Shown here piece after piece: positions 10,699 through 21,101 of a stretch of DNA of 64,000 bases (positions are counted from its first letter, which is position 1; each line of letters opens with the position of its first letter). The notes beneath the pieces are model-generated. The model was not told the origin of the DNA. It ran no database searches and saw only the letters and a program-made list of their open reading frames with translations. This stretch comes from an uncultured Caldithrix sp. (GTDB lineage Bacteria > Calditrichota > Calditrichia > RBG-13-44-9). Where the stretch lies: NCBI GenBank assembly GCA_964461135.1, contig CAYWTB010000017.1, forward strand, positions 5,459 through 69,458, given 5' to 3'. A program made the translations under genes and the position numbers.

Positions 10699-11712
10699 TT
10701 GGCAATGAGGATTGCGATTGATGCCATGGGCGGTGACTTGGCCCCCCGGTCCACAGTCGAGGGGGCACTTTTATATGCTAAAGAAACGCATGATAAGCAT
10801 CAATTAATATTATTGGGTGATCAATCTAGTATTGAAAAAGAATTTGCCAATAATCATTTTTCAGCGAATAAAAATATTCGCATTATACATACCACACAGA
10901 TAGTTGACATGGGTGATTTACCCACGTTAACTCTTAAACAGAAACCTGATTCCTCTCTGATGAAGGGCTTGCAGATGCATCACAATGGAGAAGTGGATGC
11001 TTTTGTAAGTGCAGGAAGTACGGGCGCACAAATGGTAGGAAGTTTATTTGTCCTGGGAAGGATTGAAGGCGTAAACCGACCGGCTTTGGGGTCTTTTCTC
11101 CCAACTGAAGGGGGGGTGGTTTTGCTTCTGGACGTAGGTGCCAATTCAGACTGCAAACCGATAAATTTACTCCAATTCGGATTGATGGGAAGTATTTTTA
11201 TTTCATATATTTATGATATTAAAAATCCCCGTATTGGACTTCTGAACATTGGAGAGGAGAAATCGAAAGGCAATGAATTGGTTCTTGCTTCCTATCCGTT
11301 AATGGCTTCACGTTTATCTAATTTTATTGGAAATGTAGAAGGTCGTGACATCCTTCATGGTAAGGCTGATGTTATTGTGACGGATGGATTTGTGGGCAAT
11401 ACCATTCTTAAATTTGCCGAAAGTATTCTGGATGTTTTTGGAAGCAGTTTTAAAAGAAATGTTGGGAAAAATCTGTTTTCAATGCTGGGAGCCTTTATGG
11501 TTCGTCATGCGTTCCGTGAGATGAAGAGCAGTTTCGATTATCAGGAATACGGTGGCGTGCCTTTACTGGGAGTAAATGGTATATCCATAATCTGCCACGG
11601 AAGGTCAACCTCCCGGGCAATAAAAAACGCCATACGGGTTGCGGTAGAAATCGGCAAAAAGAAAGTGAATCAACATATTCAAGAACAACTTATGTCAAGG
11701 GGATTGGAATGA
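10699..11712 (+). CDS. plsX: Phosphate acyltransferase PlsX
   Basis: MRIAIDAMGGDLAP N-terminus, 337 aa, conserved gene context. Confidence 0.92.
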   Translation: MAMRIAIDAMGGDLAPRSTVEGALLYAKETHDKHQLILLGDQSSIEKEFANNHFSANKNIRIIHTTQIVDMGDLPTLTLKQKPDSSLMKGLQMHHNGEVDAFVSAGSTGAQMVGSLFVLGRIEGVNRPALGSFLPTEGGVVLLLDVGANSDCKPINLLQFGLMGSIFISYIYDIKNPRIGLLNIGEEKSKGNELVLASYPLMASRLSNFIGNVEGRDILHGKADVIVTDGFVGNTILKFAESILDVFGSSFKRNVGKNLFSMLGAFMVRHAFREMKSSFDYQEYGGVPLLGVNGISIICHGRSTSRAIKNAIRVAVEIGKKKVNQHIQEQLMSRGLE

Positions 11713-12701
11713 CTATTAGGGCAAAAATCACCGGAGTGGGGCACTATGTACCTTCCAGGGTATTAAGTAATAAAGATCTGGAAAAAATTGTTGAAACAAC
11801 CGATGAATGGATTACTTCTCGAACGGGGATACAGGAGAGGAGAATTCTGGGTGAAGGGAAAGGTTCTTCATATATGGGAGCACTGGCAGCTAAGGTGGCT
11901 TTGGAAAATGCCAGGGTGGCACCAGAGGATCTGGAGTTGATTGTGGTCGCTACTGTAACGCCTGACATGTTTTTTCCCAGTACAGCTTGCTTGATCCAGC
12001 AGGAAATAGGAGCAATAAATGCCTGGGGAGTGGATGTCAATGGTGCCTGTACCGGTTTTCTATATGCCACTGCCATGGCAGCGCAGTTTATTGAGTCTGG
12101 CAGGTATAAAAAAGTTCTGGTAGTTGGAAGTGATAAAATGAGTGCAATTACTGATTACACGGACAGAAATACCTGTATTTTATTTGGTGATGCAGCTGGT
12201 GCAATTTTACTGGAGCCCACCCGGAATGCCGATGAAGGTATTCTGGATTATATACTGAAAAGCGATGGATCTGGCCAGAATTTCCTATACATGAAAGGCG
12301 GGGGAAGTCTCCATCCCGCTTCACATGAGACTGTTGATAAGAAAATGCATTATATTTATCAGGATGGCCGGGCCGTTTTTAAATTTGCAGTAACGGGTAT
12401 GGCAGATATTACCGAGGAAATTGTAAAAAAACATAAAATCTCATCCGACCAGATAAAACTTTTCATTCCGCATCAGGCTAATCTGAGAATTATGGATGCT
12501 GCTGCAAAACGCCTGAAATTGCCGCCGGAGAAAGTATTAATCAATATTGAAAAGTATGGAAATACCACAGCCGCAACCATTCCCCTGGGCTTATCTGAAG
12601 CCTATTACGATAATAAAATCCGGAAGGGAGATCTTCTGGTTTTTGCAGCCTTCGGGGCAGGATTTACCTGGGGAAGCATGCTGGTTCGCTGGATAATTTA
12701 A
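11709..12701 (+). CDS. fabH: 3-oxoacyl-ACP synthase III
   Basis: GACTGF active-site Cys motif (NGACTGFLYA), HQAN and GNTTAA motifs. 4-nt overlap with plsX. Confidence 0.92.
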   Translation: MTIRAKITGVGHYVPSRVLSNKDLEKIVETTDEWITSRTGIQERRILGEGKGSSYMGALAAKVALENARVAPEDLELIVVATVTPDMFFPSTACLIQQEIGAINAWGVDVNGACTGFLYATAMAAQFIESGRYKKVLVVGSDKMSAITDYTDRNTCILFGDAAGAILLEPTRNADEGILDYILKSDGSGQNFLYMKGGGSLHPASHETVDKKMHYIYQDGRAVFKFAVTGMADITEEIVKKHKISSDQIKLFIPHQANLRIMDAAAKRLKLPPEKVLINIEKYGNTTAATIPLGLSEAYYDNKIRKGDLLVFAAFGAGFTWGSMLVRWII

Positions 12702-12808
12702 GCTGCCTGATCTGCTAATTTCTTTATTCGCATATTTAGTAGCAACAACAAATTAGTTATCAAAATTATACCTAAATATTGATTAAAAGCATATTTTCGG
12801 AAGACCAC

Positions 12809-13726
12809 ATGAAGCCAGCATTCATTTTCCCCGGTCAGGGATCACAGTATGTCGGCATGGGAAAGGACCTGTATGAAAATTATAATGAAGTAAAGAAAAT
12901 ATTTGATGAATCCGAAGAGATTCTAAATTTTTCTCTCAGAAAAATTGCCTTTGAAGGACCGGAGGAGGAACTTAAACAAACTCGTTATACTCAACCCGCA
13001 ATTTTTGTTCACAGCTTGGCAATATTTGCTCTCCTGAAAAAAAGAAATATTAAACCCGAAGCAGCTGCAGGTCATAGTCTGGGAGAATATTCAGCCCTGG
13101 TTGCGGTGGGAGCCTTTTCTATGGAAGACGGTTTGAAAATTGTTAAACTTCGCGGTGAACAGATGCAATTAGCCGGAGAAAAAAATCCAGGTACCATGGC
13201 AGCAATTATCGGATTGTCCAGGGAAAAGGTAGAGGATATTTGTTATCAGGCTTCTTCAATCGGTATTGTGAAGCCGGCAAATTTTAACTCCCACGGTCAA
13301 ATAGTCATTTCGGGCAGTATCGATGGTGTTCACAAAGCCATGCAACTTGCTAAAGAGAATAATGCCAGACTGGTTACAGAATTAATCGTGAGCGGAGCAT
13401 TTCATTCTCCCCTGATGGGAGATGCCTTGCTTGGATTAACCGATGCATTGGAAAAGTTACGGGTTAAAGTACCCCGAATTCCGGTTTATACCAATGTAAC
13501 CGCAAAACCTGCAAAATCGGCAGAAGAGGTAAAAACCCTGCTTAAAAAGCAGCTTCAGTCTCCTGTATTATGGGAAGATATCATACAAAATATGATCAGG
13601 AATGGTATGGATCTGTTTTATGAAGTAGGTCCCGGAAAAGTTTTACAGGGTTTATTAAAACGGATTAATCCTCACGTTCAAGCAATAGGAGTGGGCAAAT
13701 TGGCTGATATTGAAAAGTTAAATTGA
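12809..13726 (+). CDS. fabD: Malonyl-CoA:ACP transacylase
   Basis: FPGQGSQYVGMG and GHSLGEYSAL motifs. ATG at 12809 with GGAAG 8 nt upstream is preferred over the TTG at 12779 in the ORF track. Confidence 0.9.
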   Translation: MKPAFIFPGQGSQYVGMGKDLYENYNEVKKIFDESEEILNFSLRKIAFEGPEEELKQTRYTQPAIFVHSLAIFALLKKRNIKPEAAAGHSLGEYSALVAVGAFSMEDGLKIVKLRGEQMQLAGEKNPGTMAAIIGLSREKVEDICYQASSIGIVKPANFNSHGQIVISGSIDGVHKAMQLAKENNARLVTELIVSGAFHSPLMGDALLGLTDALEKLRVKVPRIPVYTNVTAKPAKSAEEVKTLLKKQLQSPVLWEDIIQNMIRNGMDLFYEVGPGKVLQGLLKRINPHVQAIGVGKLADIEKLN

Positions 13727-13835
13727 AAAAGCAAATCAGTTGGAATTCCAATAGGATACGTTGTATATTATTCATTCTTAAAAATTCATACTTTGTAATT
13801 AAGATAAAGATATTGAAAATAAGGAGTTTTTTGGG

Positions 13836-14597
13836 GTGGCAGAAAATAAAAGAGCCATTGTTACCGGTGGGACGCGGGGAATTGGAAGAGCCATTGTAAA
13901 AGAACTGGCGTCACGCAGTTGTTGCGGTGTTTTATTTTCGGATGTTGCTTTTATTTACAACAGTTGCGAGGAGTGTGTTGATGAAATCCGCAGAGAAATG
14001 GCAAACAAGGAATCCCGTATTTTTGCCATAAAGGCTGATGCATCACGTTATGAGGATGCCGAAAAAACAGTAGAAGAAGCCATCAATAAACTGGGTGGTG
14101 TAGATATTCTGGTTAATAATGCTGGAATTACGAGAGATAATCTTCTCATGCGTATGACTCCAGAAGAATTTGATTTGGTATTGAATGTGAACCTGGGGAG
14201 CGTTTTTAATTACACCAAAGCCGTCATGAAACATTTGATAAAACAACGTTCTGGCAGAATTGTAAATATTGCTTCAGTGGTGGGATTGATAGGGAATCCG
14301 GGACAGTCAAATTATGCGGCATCAAAAGCCGGAATCATTGGTTTTACAAAATCTATCGCCAGGGAACTGGCCTCCCGCAATATTACGGTAAATGCAGTAG
14401 CACCGGGATTCATTGAAACCAACATGACCCATAACTTGAACGAGAAGCAGAAGGAGACACTCCTTCAAAATATTCCTTTAAAAAGGATAGGAAAACCGGA
14501 AGATGTGGCCAAGGTTGTGGCATTTTTATGCAGCAGCGATGCTGATTATATTACCGGTCAGGTCATTAATGTTGATGGCGGTATGGTAATGTCTTAG
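13836..14597 (+). CDS. fabG: 3-oxoacyl-ACP reductase
   Basis: SDR family: TGGTRGIGRA, NNAG, YAASKAG catalytic motif and PGFIETNMT. Position is between fabD and acpP. Has an unusual Cys-rich segment near residues 28-46. Confidence 0.88.
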   Translation: MAENKRAIVTGGTRGIGRAIVKELASRSCCGVLFSDVAFIYNSCEECVDEIRREMANKESRIFAIKADASRYEDAEKTVEEAINKLGGVDILVNNAGITRDNLLMRMTPEEFDLVLNVNLGSVFNYTKAVMKHLIKQRSGRIVNIASVVGLIGNPGQSNYAASKAGIIGFTKSIARELASRNITVNAVAPGFIETNMTHNLNEKQKETLLQNIPLKRIGKPEDVAKVVAFLCSSDADYITGQVINVDGGMVMS

Positions 14598-14637
14598 AAG
14601 GAAATTCATCCTTATTTAAATTAACACAGGAGGATTT

Positions 14638-14874
14638 ATGTCACTTGAAGAAAAAGTAAAAGACATCATTGTTGATAAGCTAGGTGTGGCTCCGGAGAAG
14701 GTGAAACCTGAAGCGCATTTTATCGATGACCTGGGTGCGGATTCCCTGGACACCGTAGAGCTGGTTATGGCGTTTGAAGAAGAATTCAATGTGGAAATCC
14801 CCGATGATGACGCCCAGCAAATTACCACCGTAAAAGCAGCTATCGACTATTTAAGCAAAAAAATTGGTGAATAA
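14638..14874 (+). CDS. acpP: Acyl carrier protein
   Basis: 78 aa. Has the phosphopantetheine attachment motif [20 protein letters not shown]. Confidence 0.94.
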   Translation: MSLEEKVKDIIVDKLGVAPEKVKPEAHFIDDLGADSLDTVELVMAFEEEFNVEIPDDDAQQITTVKAAIDYLSKKIGE

Positions 14875-14880
14875 TTTTCG

Positions 14881-14925
14881 GGCGTGCTTTTTCTCAAAGA
14901 AATAAGCACGCCTTTCTTTTTTTTC
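14881..14925 (+). terminator. Rho-independent terminator after acpP
   Basis: GGCGTGCTT…AAGCACGCC 9-bp stem followed by TTTCTTTTTTTT. Confidence 0.65.
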
Positions 14926-15099
14926 ATAAACCAGGCTGAAAAGTATAAATAATATTTACATTTAATTATGTATTACCAGAGTGGTTTGCCGGGAAAAATT
15001 GTGAAGTAAAGGATCATTATTATAAAAATGACGCATCGTCAAAAAATGTTAAATTTTGTCTGAAAGAAGTACAGCATATAGATAAGTTTAGGATATATC

Positions 15100-16341
15100 A
15101 TGCAAAAGAGGCGAGTGGTTATTACCGGAATGGGAACAGTAACTCCCATCGGTAATTCGGTTAAAGAATTCTGGGATGCAATGATGCAGGGCAGGAATGG
15201 TGCAGATTATATAACCAGGTTCGATGCCACAAATCATACTACCAAATTTGCCTGCGAAGTAAAAAACCTGTTGACTGAAAATATTATGGATCCCAAGGAG
15301 TTGCGGCGTCTCGATTTATATTCGCAATTTGCCATCGTGGCTGCTGATGAGGCGGTGAAAGATTCCGGACTCGATTTCGAGAAAGAGGACCGGGACAGAA
15401 TCGGCGTCCTGGTCGGTTCCGGTATCGGTGGGATTAAATCTTTTGAGGATGAACACCGTAAACTTATTGAAAACGGACCACGCCGGGTCAGTCCTTTCTT
15501 TATCCCTATGATGATCATCGATATTGCCGCCGGTCATATCTCAATCAGGTATAATCTGAGGGGACCGAATTATGCTGTTGTATCGGCCTGTGCCACGGCA
15601 TCCCATGCCATCGGAGATGCCTTCAAGATTATCCAGCGTGGTGATGCCGAAGTCATGATCACCGGCGGGTCCGAGGCCGCTATTTGCCCAATGGGCATTG
15701 CCGGATTTAACTCCATGAAAGCGATATCAGACCGGAATGATGACCCTCAGCATGCCAGCCGTCCGTTCGATAAAGAGCGTGATGGATTTGTGATGGGTGA
15801 GGGTGCAGGAATTATTATTCTGGAAGAGCTGGAACATGCCAGAAAACGCGGTGCCACCATTTACGCAGAATTGCGGGGCCTCGGTTTTACTGCAGATGCT
15901 CATCATATTACTGCTCCGGCACCAGAAGGCGAGGGGGCGGTTCGAGCCATGAAACTGTGCCTGAAGGACGGAGAACTGAATCCGTTTGATATTCAATATA
16001 TTAATGCCCACGGGACGTCCACCCAATACAATGACAAAGCTGAAACAGAAGCCATAAAGACCGCATTTGGTGAACAAGCCTATAAATTGAATGTAAGTTC
16101 CACAAAGTCCATGATCGGGCACCTGCTGGGTGCGGCGGGTGGTGTGGAATTAATTGTCTGTGTTCTGGCCATTATGAATGGAGTGATTCCACCCACCATT
16201 AATTATGAAGTGCCCGATCCGGAATGCGATTTGAACTATACACCCAATCAGCCGGTGGAACGAAAGATCATATCTGCAGTTAGTAATACATTCGGCTTCG
16301 GCGGTCATAACGCTGTTTTATCGGTATCAGCTTTTAAATAA
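15100..16341 (+). CDS. fabF: 3-oxoacyl-ACP synthase II
   Basis: 413 aa. Active-site Cys context VVSACATASHAIG, the two His motifs (NAHGTST; GHLLGAAG) and C-terminal NTFGFGGHNA. Confidence 0.92.
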   Translation: MQKRRVVITGMGTVTPIGNSVKEFWDAMMQGRNGADYITRFDATNHTTKFACEVKNLLTENIMDPKELRRLDLYSQFAIVAADEAVKDSGLDFEKEDRDRIGVLVGSGIGGIKSFEDEHRKLIENGPRRVSPFFIPMMIIDIAAGHISIRYNLRGPNYAVVSACATASHAIGDAFKIIQRGDAEVMITGGSEAAICPMGIAGFNSMKAISDRNDDPQHASRPFDKERDGFVMGEGAGIIILEELEHARKRGATIYAELRGLGFTADAHHITAPAPEGEGAVRAMKLCLKDGELNPFDIQYINAHGTSTQYNDKAETEAIKTAFGEQAYKLNVSSTKSMIGHLLGAAGGVELIVCVLAIMNGVIPPTINYEVPDPECDLNYTPNQPVERKIISAVSNTFGFGGHNAVLSVSAFK

Positions 16342-16351
16342 TCTGGAATTA

Positions 16352-17149
16352 TTGTTGGAATTTTTAAAGAAATATTTTCATCGCAAGACCTCACCTACAT
16401 TTCCGGAAATTAAGCGAATTTCTGTTCCGGATGAGCAGAAAATAATTTCCTGTCTTCAAGAGAAATATAAGATAGTATTTAACGATCCCTCTTTGCTGGT
16501 AACAGCCTTTAAACACCGGTCTTATCTAAATGTTACCAATGAAGAGCGTCAAGCGTCTAACGAGCGGCTTGAGTTCCTGGGAGATGCCGTGCTGGATCTG
16601 CTGGTTACCGAGTATCTGTACGAAAAGTTTCCCAGGCGGTCGGAAGGGCAATTGTCCAAGATCAAGTCCATTCTGGTGAGTAAACCGGTGCTGGCCGAGG
16701 TTGCTTCAAACTTATCGCTGGGGGAACTTATTCTCATCAATAAAGGGGAAGAAAAAACCGGAGGAAGGCAGCGTCATTCGCTTCTTGCAGATACTTTTGA
16801 GGCCATAGCCGGTGCGATTTATCTGGATCAGGGGTTATCAGAAGCTCGTAAATTTATTTCCGAATATCTCCTGAACCGATTTAAATCCATCATGCAACGT
16901 CAATTATATACCAATTACAAGAGTGTTTTACTGGAATATACCCAGTCTAAATTTAACGGACTTCCTGAATACCGTGTGATGGAGGAAAGTGGTCCGGATC
17001 ATGATAAGAGATTTGTCATAGCGGTGTTTCTGGATGGCAGGGAAGTTGGACATGGTACCGGTAAGAGTAAGAAGATTGCCGAACAGGAGGCGGCGAAGGT
17101 GGCGCTGCAACATTTAGTTCCAAACGAAAAATTAGCCGCTGACAAATAA
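16352..17149 (+). CDS. rnc: Ribonuclease III
   Basis: ERLEFLGDAVLDLLVTEYL RNase III signature plus a C-terminal dsRBD (…GKSKKIAEQEAAKVALQHL). The N-terminal roughly 35 aa may be an extension. Confidence 0.88.
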   Translation: MLEFLKKYFHRKTSPTFPEIKRISVPDEQKIISCLQEKYKIVFNDPSLLVTAFKHRSYLNVTNEERQASNERLEFLGDAVLDLLVTEYLYEKFPRRSEGQLSKIKSILVSKPVLAEVASNLSLGELILINKGEEKTGGRQRHSLLADTFEAIAGAIYLDQGLSEARKFISEYLLNRFKSIMQRQLYTNYKSVLLEYTQSKFNGLPEYRVMEESGPDHDKRFVIAVFLDGREVGHGTGKSKKIAEQEAAKVALQHLVPNEKLAADK

Positions 17150-17392
17150 TTCATTTAAATATTTAATTTATAATGAAAACAATGTTTACAGAATTATTAA
17201 TACAAGGGATTTAAAATGATTTGTTTTACTCTTCAGTCAAATTTATATTTGAAACCGCTTTGATTATTGAAAAAAACATATTTATACCTTTAAAATTTTG
17301 TTTCTTTTCATAATAAAATTTTTTTACATAATCAAATAGAGTCAATGTAGTTAAAATCATTTTATATCCAATAATAAATCAAGATTTTTTAG

Positions 17393-18652
17393 TTGGGGAG
17401 ACGTAAATTGAAAATATTTTATGTAAAAATATTTTTACTATTATTTTGCTTCAATATTATATTTGCACAAACCTTTCAACAAAAGAAGGACCAAACTAAT
17501 ACCCAACCTCAGCCACAACAAAAATTTGATATTGATCTCGAACAGCTGGAAAAATCAAGTCAACAGATAATTCCTCAACAACAATATCTGGAAACGGTGT
17601 TGGCGAAAGCCATTGATTCCACAAAATATATATTAGGTCCTGGTGATCAGATATTAATTAAAATATGGGGTCCTCTGGAAAATCAATTTCTTCTGGAAAT
17701 TACTCCGGAGGGATATCTTATCATTCCCACTGTTTCAGATTTAAAGGTATCAGGCTTGACTTTATTTCAGGGTAGTGAATTAGTCAAAAAGATGGTGAAT
17801 GATTTTTATAAGAATGTAAGTTCTTCGGTCCGCCTGGTAAGAATGCGTAAATTTCGTGTTTATATAGTTGGGGAAATCCAAAATCCCGGAACTTATTATG
17901 TTCGCTCAGCTGATCGAATTAGTGATGTTATTGAACTTGCCAATGGTTTAACAGAGTGGGCAGATGATACTCGAATTCAGGTGAAAAGTAGTATCGGTGA
18001 TTTAAATAGTATTAATATCAGTAAATTTTTCGTTTCGGGAAATCTGGATGAAAATCCTACCCTGAACGGAGGGGATATTATTTACATTCCACCCATTGAT
18101 TTGGAAAAAAATTATGTGGTGGTAGAAGGGAATGTTGGATCTGAGGGAATTTATCAGATCCAGCCGGGAGAAAATTTATATACCTTTATGACCCGTATAC
18201 GGGCCATCAATCGAAAATCGAATCTGAATAATGTTATATTGGTCAGAAACGGAGAAAAAGTGATATATGATTTGATAACAGAGGTATCGTTCGTGAAGAG
18301 GGAGGAATTGAAGTCAGGGGATCGTTTGATAATACCATCCAATCGCGATCGGGTATATGTTAAAGGTGAGGTGTATCAAGCTGGTCCTTATCCCTACATG
18401 GCCAATTTCGCCGCCCAGGATTATGCTGGTATGGCAGGTATGCTGGAATCAGCCCAGAGTGTCAACAATATTATTGTTATACGGAAGGTATCTGGAAAAG
18501 TAGAAAAGGGGGGATCAGTCATTGTGGATAAAGGAGATATCGTTGTTGTTCCACAACGAAGTCGGGAGAATACTAAAGATATTATGACTATCTTAACGCC
18601 AATTGTTAGTATCGGATTAAGCACATTTGCAATTATAAGGGCAACTAGATAG
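17393..18652 (+). CDS. wza: Polysaccharide export protein (Wza-like, Poly_export + SLBB)
   Basis: Signal peptide. Has a Poly_export motif ILGPGDQILIKIWG… and SLBB-like GEIQNPGTYYV, with repeated SLBB-like segments (KGEVYQAGPYPY). Confidence 0.8.
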   Translation: MGRRKLKIFYVKIFLLLFCFNIIFAQTFQQKKDQTNTQPQPQQKFDIDLEQLEKSSQQIIPQQQYLETVLAKAIDSTKYILGPGDQILIKIWGPLENQFLLEITPEGYLIIPTVSDLKVSGLTLFQGSELVKKMVNDFYKNVSSSVRLVRMRKFRVYIVGEIQNPGTYYVRSADRISDVIELANGLTEWADDTRIQVKSSIGDLNSINISKFFVSGNLDENPTLNGGDIIYIPPIDLEKNYVVVEGNVGSEGIYQIQPGENLYTFMTRIRAINRKSNLNNVILVRNGEKVIYDLITEVSFVKREELKSGDRLIIPSNRDRVYVKGEVYQAGPYPYMANFAAQDYAGMAGMLESAQSVNNIIVIRKVSGKVEKGGSVIVDKGDIVVVPQRSRENTKDIMTILTPIVSIGLSTFAIIRATR

Positions 18653-18675
18653 AAGAAATAAAAAAAATTATAATT

Positions 18676-19815
18676 ATGAAAAATCAAGAATTAACACCCA
18701 GTTTTCGTTTTATGAAATTGCTCTGGCAAAATCGTGTGTTTATCCTAGTTTTTAGTTTCAGTTTTTTTGTTTTATCAATTATATATAGCCTTTTGCTTCC
18801 TAAGTGGTATGAAGGAAGGGTGGTTTTCATAATAAATGAAGAAAAAAGTTATTTAGGATCGTTTTCTTCATCACTTCTAGGAAATGTTGGACTGCCATCA
18901 AATTTTCTTGGAGATTTTGCTAAACCTCTTTCAGAACAGTACATTAATTTTTTACAATCCCATTCAATTTTGGATAAAATTGATTCTATTTATAAACTTC
19001 AGGAAGCTTATGAAATAAAATATAGGAAAAGTTTTTATAGAAGAATATTATCTAATGCTAGATTCGTGGATAATAATGATAATTCAATAACTATCTATTT
19101 TTATTACAAAGAGGATCCTGATAAAGCTGCTTCAATTGCAAATTCATTTTTTATTGAATTAGAAAAATTAGTATCAAAATTACGATCAGAACGAAATGAA
19201 AAAATAAAAAATTTTCTTGAAAGAACTTATACAGAAACAATTGATAAGTTAGTTGATGCTGAAGAAAAAATGAAAAAATTTCAGTTAAATAATAAAGTTT
19301 ATTCTTTAGATGATCAAGTTAAGTTAGTAATTCAAAATATTTCAGAATTGGAAGCACAAAGAATTCAATTAGCCATTCAGAAAGAATACTTGGAATCATC
19401 TGGAGCAAAAAATACGGTAGAATATCAAGCACTGATTAATAAGATTATCATATTAAATAAATCAATCAACTCGCTTAAAACAAAAAGCGAATATATTGAT
19501 GTGCCTTTAGAGGATTTACCTTTAAAAGGACTCGAATATATAAGAATATTGAGAGAAATTAAAATTAGAGAAAAAATCTTGGAATTCGTAGTTCCACAAT
19601 TAGAAAATGCAAGGATGCAAGAATTCAGAATATCATCTACCCTTCAATTATTGGATTCCGCAGTTCCTCAAGACTATAAATCGAAACCCAAAAGAATAGT
19701 TATTGTTTTTGTGGTTACTTTTTTTGCCTTCACATTCTCAATTTTATTTTTACTAATAAAAGCGTTTATTAGAAATAACCGGCGTTCATTAACCCAAGTT
19801 TTTAATAAAGAATGA
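18676..19815 (+). CDS. wzz: Polysaccharide chain-length determinant (Wzz/PCP-family, no kinase domain)
   Basis: N-terminal TM after LLWQNRVFILVF…, a long coiled periplasmic region, and a C-terminal TM (PKRIVIVFVVTFFAFTFSILFLL). Confidence 0.65.
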   Translation: MKNQELTPSFRFMKLLWQNRVFILVFSFSFFVLSIIYSLLLPKWYEGRVVFIINEEKSYLGSFSSSLLGNVGLPSNFLGDFAKPLSEQYINFLQSHSILDKIDSIYKLQEAYEIKYRKSFYRRILSNARFVDNNDNSITIYFYYKEDPDKAASIANSFFIELEKLVSKLRSERNEKIKNFLERTYTETIDKLVDAEEKMKKFQLNNKVYSLDDQVKLVIQNISELEAQRIQLAIQKEYLESSGAKNTVEYQALINKIIILNKSINSLKTKSEYIDVPLEDLPLKGLEYIRILREIKIREKILEFVVPQLENARMQEFRISSTLQLLDSAVPQDYKSKPKRIVIVFVVTFFAFTFSILFLLIKAFIRNNRRSLTQVFNKE

Positions 19816-21101
19816 TTTACTTGAATGTTTCTCGTCAGGGGGCAAAGCTTTTTCCTTTAATACTCTTTATTATAATTTGGGTGTCTCAGGTATTTTTTTA
19901 TTTTTTAAATCCCTTTTATTATAAAGAAATAACTTTCTATACTTGGATTATTATTTTCATAGGTGTTTTTTCTTTTATTACTGGATATCTAACCTCATAT
20001 TTCTTCAAGTTTGATCGTCATTTGGTTATCAACAACTCAAACGATACTGTTAATAAATTAAATTTCCCAAGCTCAAGAATAAGAAATTTAATAATTCATA
20101 TTTCCATAATTGTTATATTTGCTATGTTTTTTGATGTAGTATTAATAATAAGTACGATTAAAAAATATAATCTCGATCCAACGAATATTTTTTGGTATAG
20201 GTTAATTTATTCCACTTTTGCACGTAATTTAACTCGCTGGAATTTTATTCACTCAATTTTGAACTATTTAATTACACTAAATTTAGTCTCAATAATTTTA
20301 TCAGCTATTTATTCCGCGATATATAAAGGCAAAATGTCTGTAACCATGTTACCGTTATTGCTTGCATTAACGTTCAGTATTATAACCCTGCAGCGATATC
20401 TTTTTACAAGTAGTTTAATTATATGGCTAATCAGTTTTTTCTTTGTTAGTTTCAATTTACCACTGTCTGAAAGAATAAAAACATTAAAGAGATTTGTCGA
20501 ATATATTGGCATTATGGTAATAATTATAGCTACTATCCTAATTCTAATAATAAGCATAAGAATTAATATAGATTTAGGAGGTGTTAAAACAGTTGAATTG
20601 ACAAAATACGTATTTAAAAGTATTTATACTTATTTTGTTGGAAACATTGTTGCTTTAGACAATTACTTACAGAGGGACATTTTGTACAAATATGGTGCAG
20701 AAATTTTTCAGAGTGTCTTCAAATGGCTCGGTAGACTTGGTTTAATAGAGTCAAAATCTATTTCAACACAATATTTAGAATTTACAGATATAGGAAATTA
20801 TACTGTAAATACTTATACATTTATTAGAAATTTCTATGAAGATTTTGGTGAAGCAAGCCTTGTAACATATGCTTATTTATGGGGCTTTATTACTTCTTAT
20901 GCCGTTGAAAAATTATTTCAGAAATTTTCCTTTGCACGTTTGTTTATTGCTAGTTATTTAGTCTTTGCTCTTTTTATTTCTTTTTTTAGTTTTGTACTTT
21001 TAAATATCTCAATGTTTTTTCTTCTAGTAATTTATTCTTGGATCATTGGAAAAATTCTTACCAATCAATATTTAAATAAACTATCAAATGAGTATCACTG
21101 A
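19812..21101 (+). CDS. Wzy-like repeat-unit polymerase / O-antigen-ligase-like polytopic membrane protein
   Basis: 429 aa, about 10-12 TM helices, low complexity. 4-nt ATGA overlap with wzz. Located between Wzz and Wzx. Assignment is by context and topology only. Confidence 0.45.
   Translation: MIYLNVSRQGAKLFPLILFIIIWVSQVFFYFLNPFYYKEITFYTWIIIFIGVFSFITGYLTSYFFKFDRHLVINNSNDTVNKLNFPSSRIRNLIIHISIIVIFAMFFDVVLIISTIKKYNLDPTNIFWYRLIYSTFARNLTRWNFIHSILNYLITLNLVSIILSAIYSAIYKGKMSVTMLPLLLALTFSIITLQRYLFTSSLIIWLISFFFVSFNLPLSERIKTLKRFVEYIGIMVIIIATILILIISIRINIDLGGVKTVELTKYVFKSIYTYFVGNIVALDNYLQRDILYKYGAEIFQSVFKWLGRLGLIESKSISTQYLEFTDIGNYTVNTYTFIRNFYEDFGEASLVTYAYLWGFITSYAVEKLFQKFSFARLFIASYLVFALFISFFSFVLLNISMFFLLVIYSWIIGKILTNQYLNKLSNEYH

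Noticed and set aside
12779-12808. TTG start for fabD giving a 10-residue N-terminal extension
   Set aside because: The ATG at 12809 has a better RBS and yields the canonical MKPAFIFPGQGSQ N-terminus.
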